IMG/VR virus record: IMGVR_UViG_3300023116_000045
Coordinates: 1-61,981 of that record
Reading direction: 5' to 3' (one strand)
Source of the DNA: a virus
Lineage: Duplodnaviria; Caudoviricetes
DNA: 61,981 nt
The notes under the pieces are model-generated. The model was not told the origin of the DNA, ran no database searches, and saw only the letters and a program-made list of their open reading frames with translations. Position numbers and translations under genes: made by a program. Positions 8,486 through 16,918 of the stretch are shown here, in pieces (position 1 is the first letter of the stretch; the number at the start of each line of letters is the position of its first letter).

Positions 8486-9289
8486 TTATCTTAACCCACC
8501 TGGAACCTTGATGTCAGTTGCAAGACCCAGTTTCCCAAGTGTCACAATGTGCAACCAAGTCATATCAAACTGATAAGGCAAGATGCCGTGCTTTGCAGAC
8601 CAGGGGTACATATGGTGATTGTTGTGCCATCCTTCCCCGAAGGTAAAGATTGACACTGGTCCATTGTTTCGGGAGTTATCTCCTGAATCAAATTCTTTAT
8701 CACCAAACATGTGTGTCAGAGAGTTGATAGTCCAGGTTGCGTGGTAGGCAAGAACAAGTCTCACAACTATCCCCCAGATGACATAAGACCAACCCCCCAA
8801 CACATAAAGTATAACACCAAGGATGACCTGTGGGATGACAAAGTTTTGATTCAACCACACATAATAAGGGTCCTTTTGTAAGTCCTTGGTGAACTTATCG
8901 ACGTGTTCCATTGCAGGAACGTTGTGTAACATCCAACCCATGTGTGACCACCAGAAACCCTTATTGCTGTCATGGTGGTCTACATCAGTGTCAGAGTATT
9001 TGTGATGATGACGATGTAATCCAATCCAGTCGATTGGACCGTGTTGCATTGCTAATGTTCCACAAGTGACCAGAAATCTCTCTAACCATCTGGGTGTCTT
9101 GAAAGAACGGTGTGAAACTAATCTGTGGAAACCAGTTGTGATTCCCCAACAAAGTGTGATGTAATACAGACCCAACATCCAAAGTACACCACCCCATGAA
9201 AAGAACTGGGGCAGGAACGCCATGAGTGCCAATACGTGCAGGGCAATCATAAACAGCGTTGTACTCCAGTTTACATCTGTAAGATTCAT
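8486..9289 (-). CDS. desC: membrane acyl-lipid delta-9 fatty-acid desaturase (viral FAD)
   Basis: three His boxes (HRLVSH, HRHHH, HNNHH), GEGWHNNHH, transmembrane segments; GGAGG SD. Confidence 0.92.
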   Translation of the reverse strand: MNLTDVNWSTTLFMIALHVLALMAFLPQFFSWGGVLWMLGLYYITLCWGITTGFHRLVSHRSFKTPRWLERFLVTCGTLAMQHGPIDWIGLHRHHHKYSDTDVDHHDSNKGFWWSHMGWMLHNVPAMEHVDKFTKDLQKDPYYVWLNQNFVIPQVILGVILYVLGGWSYVIWGIVVRLVLAYHATWTINSLTHMFGDKEFDSGDNSRNNGPVSIFTFGEGWHNNHHMYPWSAKHGILPYQFDMTWLHIVTLGKLGLATDIKVPGGLR

Positions 9290-9310
9290 AAGTTACCTCC
9301 GAAGAGGTAT

Positions 9311-9709
9311 TTAATCTGCCTCAATGTCGTTAATGACAGTCCAACCTTTTCCATCACCAGAGGACTGAAGAAGCATCGTGCACTCCTCAAATGGGATGCC
9401 ATAATCAGCAACCCGAGTCTCAAACAAGTTGGTGATCATGTCACCCTCATCATCTGTAATGTGCCACTCAGCAACATATGCTTTGGTGTTCTTGTAAGTG
9501 TCAAGAACCTTAGGAGACACTTTCTCACCCTTACGCTTACGTTCTTTCTTCAGTTCCTTTGCTGCTTTCTTACTCAGTTTCATGAGTCGCTTATCAAAAG
9601 TCTCAGCAGCATCACGACGAAGTTGATTGAGTCTGTCGTAGTTCAGTTCGTACTGGATGCCATCCATTTCCCAACGGTCAACATCATTTTCAGTTGGTTG
9701 AAAATCCAT
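9311..9709 (-). CDS. hypothetical protein
   Basis: 132-aa ORF. Confidence 0.6.
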   Translation of the reverse strand: MDFQPTENDVDRWEMDGIQYELNYDRLNQLRRDAAETFDKRLMKLSKKAAKELKKERKRKGEKVSPKVLDTYKNTKAYVAEWHITDDEGDMITNLFETRVADYGIPFEECTMLLQSSGDGKGWTVINDIEAD

Positions 9710-9733
9710 ACCAATAATTAAGTCACCGAAATA

Positions 9734-9943
9734 TTATACATCGTCACCCAGCAATTTGTCAAGATCAGCAATCACTTTCTCCACAGTGTAAGCACCAGTT
9801 GCGTTCTTACGGCGTTCCATTTCCTCCTCAATCTTCTGAGTAATGGAAGCATGACGACGAATCTCTCCACCCATGCTCATCATCTTCTTTGTTTGGCTCA
9901 TGCAGAATTGCAACTGCATCAGTTCCATGTCATCAAATTCCAT
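9734..9943 (-). CDS. hypothetical protein
   Basis: 69-aa ORF with GGAG SD. Confidence 0.6.
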   Translation of the reverse strand: MEFDDMELMQLQFCMSQTKKMMSMGGEIRRHASITQKIEEEMERRKNATGAYTVEKVIADLDKLLGDDV

Positions 9944-10074
9944 TAGTCAAACTCTCCAAATAATTTTGAACGCAATTGATAAAATCCTCTTCTGTCCAGT
10001 CGTTGAGGATCTTTTCTGTGGGATCGTTTTCATCCCACGAGATAATAAATTTGTTGTCGCTTTCTTGAGTAACT

Positions 10075-10452
10075 TCAATCATCAGTCAAATGGTCCGCAC
10101 ATGCCAGCGTATCACATTCATTCTTGTATTGCAACTCATAAGGTGTGAGTGCTTCATTCAATGCTTCCAAAACATTTTCTTTGAAAGAACGATAAGGAAT
10201 GAAGAGTTCATCATCCTCAGTCTTGTAGTCCTGGTGCGTCTCTTTGAACTTACGATCTACATCGTACAGGAGATTATTCACGATGTCATTGATCACCTCA
10301 ATGGACTTTGGTGTGATTGAGTGCCAGTCATAACCAGGGAACATATCATCCTTGACACGATCTAGAAGTGCTTTCTTACAATGCCATTGACTATCAAAGA
10401 TTTGGGTAAATGCTTCCCAGTCATGTTGGGATTTGAAATGTGGGATACTCAT
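10075..10452 (-). CDS. hypothetical protein
   Basis: 125-aa ORF with GAGG SD. Confidence 0.65.
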   Translation of the reverse strand: MSIPHFKSQHDWEAFTQIFDSQWHCKKALLDRVKDDMFPGYDWHSITPKSIEVINDIVNNLLYDVDRKFKETHQDYKTEDDELFIPYRSFKENVLEALNEALTPYELQYKNECDTLACADHLTDD

Positions 10453-10461
10453 TGTTTTTCC

Positions 10462-10647
10462 TCAGTCATAGTAGGTGTTACAATTTCCGTAATTTAGATA
10501 ATGCCAGAACAAGTTTCTCATTCGTTCTTCATTCTCAAATCCATGAATGTGCGGCCACATGTAATTACTCCAAGAATACACACAATACTCAAAGAGATGG
10601 ATTGAAGTATAGATGTTCCACTTCTTCCAGGTGTCAGTCATCGACAC
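10462..10647 (-). CDS. hypothetical protein
   Basis: 61-aa aromatic-rich ORF in the co-oriented run. Confidence 0.5.
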   Translation of the reverse strand: MSMTDTWKKWNIYTSIHLFEYCVYSWSNYMWPHIHGFENEERMRNLFWHYLNYGNCNTYYD

Positions 10648-10916
10648 TCATCCATTCTAGGATCATAATTATCTTTCTCAATAGTAGATTTGAGTAGTTC
10701 ATACTCATTAAGACGAGCACGATAGTTTTGGATAATGTCTATCACACAATAACCAAAGGCAAATCCTGCCATAATAGTAGTAATCATCAATCTCCCTCCC
10801 AACAACCAAACCAACCAGTTGGATAAAGTGTTTTGTAACAATCGAGACAATACTCATCTTGGTTTGTATTGTCTCTTTTATCAATCTTGTTGCAGTTCTG
10901 ACAGATAATCTGTTCT

Positions 10917-11258
10917 CTATACAACACCCACTCCTTCATCCACGTTGGTAAAGAACTCTTCGACTTCTTCGTAAGTTGGCTTTTTGATTTCATAACTATA
11001 ATCTGATTCATGTGGGTGTTGTTTGAGAGCAACTACAGTGTTGTTCCATGCTCTCTTGGATGCAGTGTCGTACTCAGAGACAAACACTTTCATGTAAGAC
11101 TTCAGTGCATCTACACCCGAACGAATCTCATCCTGATTGTTCTTCTCCACTGCCTCATCAATGAATTCAACAAGTCCTGTGATGGTGGTGATGTTGTTGA
11201 ACTTGTCTTCCAGTTCACTCATCACTTCCCAAACTTTCTGATAGTTGAGACAAGACAT
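10917..11258 (-). CDS. hypothetical protein
   Basis: 113-aa ORF with AGGAG SD, first gene after a consensus early promoter. Confidence 0.7.
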   Translation of the reverse strand: MSCLNYQKVWEVMSELEDKFNNITTITGLVEFIDEAVEKNNQDEIRSGVDALKSYMKVFVSEYDTASKRAWNNTVVALKQHPHESDYSYEIKKPTYEEVEEFFTNVDEGVGVV

Positions 11259-11312
11259 TGCTTTGCTCCTTAAAGTACTCTAGAGGCCCCTGACTGAACC
11301 TGGACAAGCCAG

Positions 11313-11341
11313 ATTGTATCAGGATTCTCTAAGGTTGTCAA
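11313..11341 (-). promoter_or_regulatory. sigma70-type early promoter
   Basis: TTGACA-17 nt-TACAAT with extended -10 TG. Confidence 0.85.
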
Positions 11342-11387
11342 GCACACGTTATTATGTGCTTATGGGTGGTAGACCTCATACAGACAT

Positions 11388-11417
11388 AATAAAACCCCTC
11401 TGAGGGTCTCAGAGAGG
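11388..11417 (-). terminator. intrinsic terminator closing the propeller/enzyme island
   Basis: minus strand CCTCTCTGAG-ACC-CTCAGAGGGG followed by TTTTATT. Confidence 0.7.
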
Positions 11418-11443
11418 TCAATGGTGAGGTTTTTAAAGTGTCC

Positions 11444-11836
11444 TTAGAGTGCTCTAAAGGCAGTCAGTGCCTCTGCTCTCTTAGTATCTGCTGCTGTTCT
11501 CTTGGTGGCAGCGGTGTCAGTGTCTCCACCTTCTTCTGCTGTCATGGCTTCAGAATAAAGAGTTTCTGCTTCCGAGTAAGGAGTCCAGACAGAATTGAAT
11601 TCTGCTTCAGTCAGGACTTGTCTTGCTTTCTTACCAGAAGCGTCATCCGTTACATCTGTGGTAGCACCATCTTCAGCAACAGCCAGCATTGCGTCAACAC
11701 CATCTGAGTCTGACAACCAGCACTTTACATCCAGTCCAGCGATTTCCTTCCAAGGATGTCTCTTATATCTGGGTTCAGATGAGGTGCATACTGCGGCACC
11801 CGTTTGATCGCAAACGTAGTAATGTTTAAGATACAT
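11444..11836 (-). CDS. hypothetical late protein associated with the propeller island
   Basis: 130-aa ORF with its own ATAAATA late promoter at 11856-11862. Confidence 0.7.
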   Translation of the reverse strand: MYLKHYYVCDQTGAAVCTSSEPRYKRHPWKEIAGLDVKCWLSDSDGVDAMLAVAEDGATTDVTDDASGKKARQVLTEAEFNSVWTPYSEAETLYSEAMTAEEGGDTDTAATKRTAADTKRAEALTAFRAL

Positions 11837-11850
11837 TGTTACACCTGTTT

Positions 11851-12519
11851 TTAGTTATTTATGTCAATTCCATACTTTTGAGAAAGATCTTTATTGATTT
11901 CTGCCATCGTTGGCCATCCTTGAACCTCTGCCCAACAGACCATTGAGTATCTGATTCCCTTGGTTACAGGTTCTACACCATGCTTGTAATGATGATTAGA
12001 TGGGAAAGCAACTAACATTCCTGCTTCTGGTCTCACTCTCACACCCAAATCAGGGAACACAAAGTCACCACCTTCATAACCATCGTTGATGAAGAGAACA
12101 AAGGATAAATCTCTGTCCACTGATTTCTTCCAAATCAGTTGATCATCTGGTGTTCTCCACAATGATTCACCATCAATGTGTGGTTGATAGTGACCACCAG
12201 GACTATAAGAGAGAAGTTGTGGAACCTCACTCTGATGAACCTGAACCTCATAAAATGGATTGATGACCTCTTTAACGACGTTCTTCATCAAATCTTCAAT
12301 CTTAGGAAAGAGTGGACCCAGATCCACAATCTGAGTGTCTCTGACTTTCTTATCCACTCTCCAGTGAGTTTCACCAGTTTCATTAGATTTATCAGGATCA
12401 AAGACGGATAAGTCGTGCTTCGAAGAAGCATCCATGTGATCTTTGATCTCTCTCAAACCAAGTTCACTAATCACATTTCTCCGAATGAGGATGTGAGACA
12501 AAGGATTTTCAATGGTCAT
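11851..12519 (-). CDS. 2OG-Fe(II) oxygenase, prolyl-4-hydroxylase-like
   Basis: Y..GGHYQPHID (HxD), GYEGGDFVF, HGVEPVTKGIRYS (distal His and 2OG-binding Arg). Confidence 0.88.
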   Translation of the reverse strand: MTIENPLSHILIRRNVISELGLREIKDHMDASSKHDLSVFDPDKSNETGETHWRVDKKVRDTQIVDLGPLFPKIEDLMKNVVKEVINPFYEVQVHQSEVPQLLSYSPGGHYQPHIDGESLWRTPDDQLIWKKSVDRDLSFVLFINDGYEGGDFVFPDLGVRVRPEAGMLVAFPSNHHYKHGVEPVTKGIRYSMVCWAEVQGWPTMAEINKDLSQKYGIDINN

Positions 12520-12542
12520 AATGTGTTTTTCTTTATTATAAT

Positions 12543-15455
12543 TTAGATGACGTTGGAATCATACCTTCCACCTTGACTTTGTGCGCTGGCAGAGGCACCA
12601 TAACCCGTTCCTGATGGAAGGGACGCTGCTGTTTGTGAGTAAGTTTCTGTGGAATAATCTAGCCTCTGAGTAGCAGTTGTATAAGATGGAGTGTTACCGC
12701 CAGTGAAGTGTCCTGCCGATCTATTTCCTGTGCCGAATCCTCCAAAGATATTAACAGGATAATTTGATATTCTAAAAAGTGTATCCGTACTGTAGATTAG
12801 TTTCATCACTTCACTGGTCGCGGATGGAGTCGAACCACCTACGAAATAACCTGCACCAGGATTACTCATTCCCATAGCATATGTGCGAGGTCCTGGCAAA
12901 TCTGCAGATGGTGTTCTTGCCACTGTTTCATCTGTCATGTTGATTTTATCAATGTCAGTTCTTCTGTTTCCACCACCAGTTGAACCACCAGCAACATAAC
13001 CAGCAGTAGGACTTGCACAAGCAGTAATTCCGTACTTTGCAGCAGAAAGTGTTGCAGGAATCACTCCTGTTGAATCGGTTGAGAACACAAGTTTATCTAT
13101 TGTGTTTCGTGGGGCAGCGGGAGTTGTGTACCCCCCTGCCCAGAGTGCCTTTGTTGAATCACCAGCAACTTGACCACCAAAGAGATATCTTGCTTGACTC
13201 AATGCTGCACCAGGAACTGCCGTTACTGTGTCATCCGCATACAGTAACTTATCCATTGTTGCTTTATTGATAGGACCAGAGAGTGCTCCTCCACCAAAGT
13301 AAGCAGCAGTTTTACTTGAGTTTCCACCACCATAACCTCTAGCTTCTGTTAAATCTGTGGTTGTTGTTAGTGTGTCTGTTGTAAAGTCAATCCTATAAAC
13401 CTTTTCTCTTGATGGGCTGGCATTACCACCAAGATATCCAGTATTAGGTACATTTGAAATCATTGAACGATTTCGTGTAATCGTTGCCAGTGGTTTTGTT
13501 GGGAGATCTTGATCCTGACTGCTACATCCAGTGACATAACGACGAGGAGTGCTCATGTTGCCAGATGGAACACGGAAATTTGTCAATGTTGCGTAATTGA
13601 TCTTGTCACAGTTAGTTGTGTATGACGAACCATTATATCCACCCATACTGTAACCATTTTGTGTGTTTCCAGTTGCACCGTTTGCCTGGCCTCCTGCGGG
13701 GATTGATATCAATGCCTGAGAGGAAGGAATGAGTTCGAATGATTCAGTAGCAAAATTCAATCTCCTACACTGACTTGTTCGTGGTGATCCTCCCCCTTGC
13801 ACGACACCATCAGTGGCATTAGACATTCCACCCACATAAGCACGAGGTACTGGATCAAAGGCAAACGGAGAGAGATTAACAGTTTCGGTTGCATAAACAA
13901 GTCGATCGACTGAACTGTCAGGACTGGTGGATCCCGAGAGAAACCCAATGTTCTTGTTGCCCATTCCTGCAGGGATGCCCCTGGTCTTCGTCAACCGCGT
14001 GGGTGCTTGAGATCCAGTGTCAGTTGCCCAGGTTAGTTTTTGAACTGATGAAAGATATGGACCTCCTGGACCCTGACCACCGCACATATAACCTGCTGTG
14101 CTGTTTTGAAGCCCAGCACCATAACCAGATGCTTGAGGAATGGCAGCTGAAGGAACTTCAAAAGTACAATCAGCAGAATAAGATGTTCTTTCAACTGTTG
14201 TGTCCGATGTAGATCCAATCCAATTTGCATGTTCTGGTGTGCTCCCCTTTCCTGGAGCCGACTTGTTTCTTTTTGTGTAAGCTGAAGGAACAGCAACTGT
14301 CGTATCGGTTGCATAATTAATTCTATCCATCACGGTGTATCCAGCTGGTGGACCACCAACAAAGTATCCAGTTCCGTAACCTTCAGTTGCAGCAAATCCA
14401 TTCAGGTATGTTCCACGAGGTTCACCCTGTTTACCTTTAATGTTTCTCTTCTTTGCTCCATTCAGTTGACCTGACTGCTGAGAACTCGCTCCACCAGCGC
14501 CTGATGCTGGATCTGCTAAACCTCCAGAAATCGTTGTTACAGTTCCAGTTGTATAATTAATTTTTACAATATCAGATACAGGAGTAGAACCTGGTCCACC
14601 CATGAAGAAAGCATTTTCCTCAGTTCCACATGCAGTCATGCTGTTTTTAGCAGTTGGAAGATTTGATCCAGGTGCCGTTGACGTTGTGCCTGTAGAGAAG
14701 GTCAATTCGTAAGTTTGAGCCGTAATCCCCCCTGGAGTGTTGCCTCCAGTAATATAAGCTTTTGTGGAATTTCCTACTGCTGAGGGATCTGCTGTTGCCG
14801 TTCCCAAGCTGGGAGCAGAAGATCTGGTTTCTGTGGTAAATTGAATTTTATCAACAGATGCAGAATAATTACTATCATATCCACCAAAAAGAAATCCATA
14901 TTCTTGATTACTTGCGCCTGTGAGCACTCTTCTTGCAGGACTGATATTTGCACCAGGAATACCAGCGATTAAGTCTGTGGCAAAGGTAAGTTTGTCACTC
15001 GTGGCTAAGTTTCCAGTGTTATAACCACCACAGAAAAAACCAAAACCAATGTTTCCTACTGAACCCATACCAAAACGTTGGGGACCCAATAGAGCAGGAA
15101 TTCTTGCGACAACATCCGTTGCATAAGTTACTTTGTTAACCGTTGATCTAACTCCTGCTGGTGCGGTGTAACCATAACCACCAGCCTGATAAGCAGCTTC
15201 TCCATTTCCTACAGCAGCCGTGGAACCAGGATTATCGTCTATTTTAGAGGCAAGAACAGTAGAAGTTTCTGTTGCATAATCCAACTTCTGAACGTGAGAA
15301 TAAGCATTCCCCGCAGGGTTTGATCCAGCAATGTGATATCCAGTGTTGTGCGAAAACTCCTGGTCAATAAAAGACTCATCGGGATCTATATAAGTTCCAT
15401 TGAGAAAATTATTTCTTACTGTCTTAAGAGTAAAAACGCCTCGTGACTCTGCCAT
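12543..15455 (-). CDS. Kelch-like beta-propeller repeat protein 1 (probable virion protein)
   Basis: about 18 repeats of ~47 aa, GY-x-x-GG...DK-x-x-(Y/F)-x-T-(D/E)-T, in three blocks; CTAAATA late promoter at 15508-15514. Confidence 0.8.
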   Translation of the reverse strand: MAESRGVFTLKTVRNNFLNGTYIDPDESFIDQEFSHNTGYHIAGSNPAGNAYSHVQKLDYATETSTVLASKIDDNPGSTAAVGNGEAAYQAGGYGYTAPAGVRSTVNKVTYATDVVARIPALLGPQRFGMGSVGNIGFGFFCGGYNTGNLATSDKLTFATDLIAGIPGANISPARRVLTGASNQEYGFLFGGYDSNYSASVDKIQFTTETRSSAPSLGTATADPSAVGNSTKAYITGGNTPGGITAQTYELTFSTGTTSTAPGSNLPTAKNSMTACGTEENAFFMGGPGSTPVSDIVKINYTTGTVTTISGGLADPASGAGGASSQQSGQLNGAKKRNIKGKQGEPRGTYLNGFAATEGYGTGYFVGGPPAGYTVMDRINYATDTTVAVPSAYTKRNKSAPGKGSTPEHANWIGSTSDTTVERTSYSADCTFEVPSAAIPQASGYGAGLQNSTAGYMCGGQGPGGPYLSSVQKLTWATDTGSQAPTRLTKTRGIPAGMGNKNIGFLSGSTSPDSSVDRLVYATETVNLSPFAFDPVPRAYVGGMSNATDGVVQGGGSPRTSQCRRLNFATESFELIPSSQALISIPAGGQANGATGNTQNGYSMGGYNGSSYTTNCDKINYATLTNFRVPSGNMSTPRRYVTGCSSQDQDLPTKPLATITRNRSMISNVPNTGYLGGNASPSREKVYRIDFTTDTLTTTTDLTEARGYGGGNSSKTAAYFGGGALSGPINKATMDKLLYADDTVTAVPGAALSQARYLFGGQVAGDSTKALWAGGYTTPAAPRNTIDKLVFSTDSTGVIPATLSAAKYGITACASPTAGYVAGGSTGGGNRRTDIDKINMTDETVARTPSADLPGPRTYAMGMSNPGAGYFVGGSTPSATSEVMKLIYSTDTLFRISNYPVNIFGGFGTGNRSAGHFTGGNTPSYTTATQRLDYSTETYSQTAASLPSGTGYGASASAQSQGGRYDSNVI

Positions 15456-15457
15456 CT

Positions 15458-16282
15458 TTAGAAATACCTATGGTTAGAATACTTCCAGTATTCAAGATTC
15501 TTGTAGTTATTTAGAATCTCCCCACTCAATACTTCTTCAGGTTTTCTTGATTTCTTCTCTAACTTTCTTCTCACATGGTGCATGTTGTTGAGATTCCATT
15601 GATGATCTGACTCTCGAACTGGGTTGTCAATTCGATCAAAATCATGCTGGAACGAATCCATCTCAAGAAACTCATAAATTCTGTCCATTGTTTGTTGTGG
15701 TGAGGACATCAAATCCTCATATTCCACAAACAACATGTGTTTCTTATGATCCCCACGACGAAATGCCTGTGATTGTGCCCACAATGCTTGATGAACGATA
15801 CCATCTGGACCCATAAGAAATCTACAACGATTGTCATCGTCAATGTGACAGTTATGTTCTTTTAGATGTTGGTCAATGAATGAAACTTCGTCACCATTGT
15901 GATGAATCAGGGTAATAAAAGATGTGAGAATATCCGCAACATCTCTGACAGGACAGATAATCTTTGGGTTTGGTGTAATGTATGTCTTAATTCTTTCAAT
16001 ATTATTTACCCATGCTCTGCAATGGTCAATGACCACAGGTTCTTCAGTGTCAAAGTAATAATTGTCAATAACATTAGAGATTAATTTGTGAGCAGACTTA
16101 GGTTTTGGGTAAGCAAGATACTGTTCACTGGTCAAGAAATACTGATCAGTGTAATACATCAGTTCCAGAATAGGACTGACAGGTTCTGTGTGAATGTTTG
16201 GGTTCTGGTTGAGTATGCTTTTCAATAAGGTGCTTCCTGCTCTTGGAAGACCTGCCATAAAATGATATGTTTTACTCATCAA
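15458..16282 (-). CDS. sulfotransferase
   Basis: 5'-PSB loop GLPRAGSTLL, 3'-PB-like CPVRDVADILTS, VEYEDL...IYEFL. Confidence 0.88.
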   Translation of the reverse strand: MMSKTYHFMAGLPRAGSTLLKSILNQNPNIHTEPVSPILELMYYTDQYFLTSEQYLAYPKPKSAHKLISNVIDNYYFDTEEPVVIDHCRAWVNNIERIKTYITPNPKIICPVRDVADILTSFITLIHHNGDEVSFIDQHLKEHNCHIDDDNRCRFLMGPDGIVHQALWAQSQAFRRGDHKKHMLFVEYEDLMSSPQQTMDRIYEFLEMDSFQHDFDRIDNPVRESDHQWNLNNMHHVRRKLEKKSRKPEEVLSGEILNNYKNLEYWKYSNHRYF

Positions 16283-16899
16283 TCAAACCATTCGGTTGGG
16301 TTGAAGAAGAACAATTGAACCAGTCTTCCATTCTCAAAACGATCACCAAAATTATAATTGTGTGAGTGCCACAGATCAGACCTGAAGACCACCATTCGAT
16401 TATACTTCATGGGTGACAGCAAGTATCTGGTCCACTTTGATCTATCCAATCCCTCTCCATAAACTGTTGTCCACCAGGCTTCTTTTTCTTGTGAATATCC
16501 CCACAGTTTTGAAATCTCTGGTGTTCTGGCACAAGATTCCATTCCAGTTTTATTGTGTTTCCAGAATGATGTGCCACCCTCATCGACACATTGTTCGGGT
16601 GGATTCAAATAACAAACAGCACCAAACTCCCAGTTGGGGTCAACATGAACATCCTGTTTGAAACTGTCATTTTCCAATGAAATTCTGAAATATCCATTGT
16701 TTGGAGCAGGAGTGAGTTTCCTGTTCAGAAGAGTTTCAAATGCCTGATGAAGTTCAGGTGGATAATAGTTCTGACGTGAGTTTCTACCAGGATATGTGTA
16801 ACTATCCTCTGGTTGTGGATAATCTGCTGTGAGTGCTGTATGACGAACTTCATCGGGATTGGGATGAAAATCATCCACAATAATAATACTTCTCTTCAT
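16279..16899 (-). CDS. DUF6445-like 2OG-Fe(II) oxygenase
   Basis: IIIVDDF..NPDEVR, YPG, HVD, GGTSFW, YNRMVVFRSDLWHS, RLVQLFFF. Confidence 0.8.
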   Translation of the reverse strand: MKRSIIIVDDFHPNPDEVRHTALTADYPQPEDSYTYPGRNSRQNYYPPELHQAFETLLNRKLTPAPNNGYFRISLENDSFKQDVHVDPNWEFGAVCYLNPPEQCVDEGGTSFWKHNKTGMESCARTPEISKLWGYSQEKEAWWTTVYGEGLDRSKWTRYLLSPMKYNRMVVFRSDLWHSHNYNFGDRFENGRLVQLFFFNPTEWFD

Positions 16900-16918
16900 G
16901 TTTTCTGTTTATTATAAC

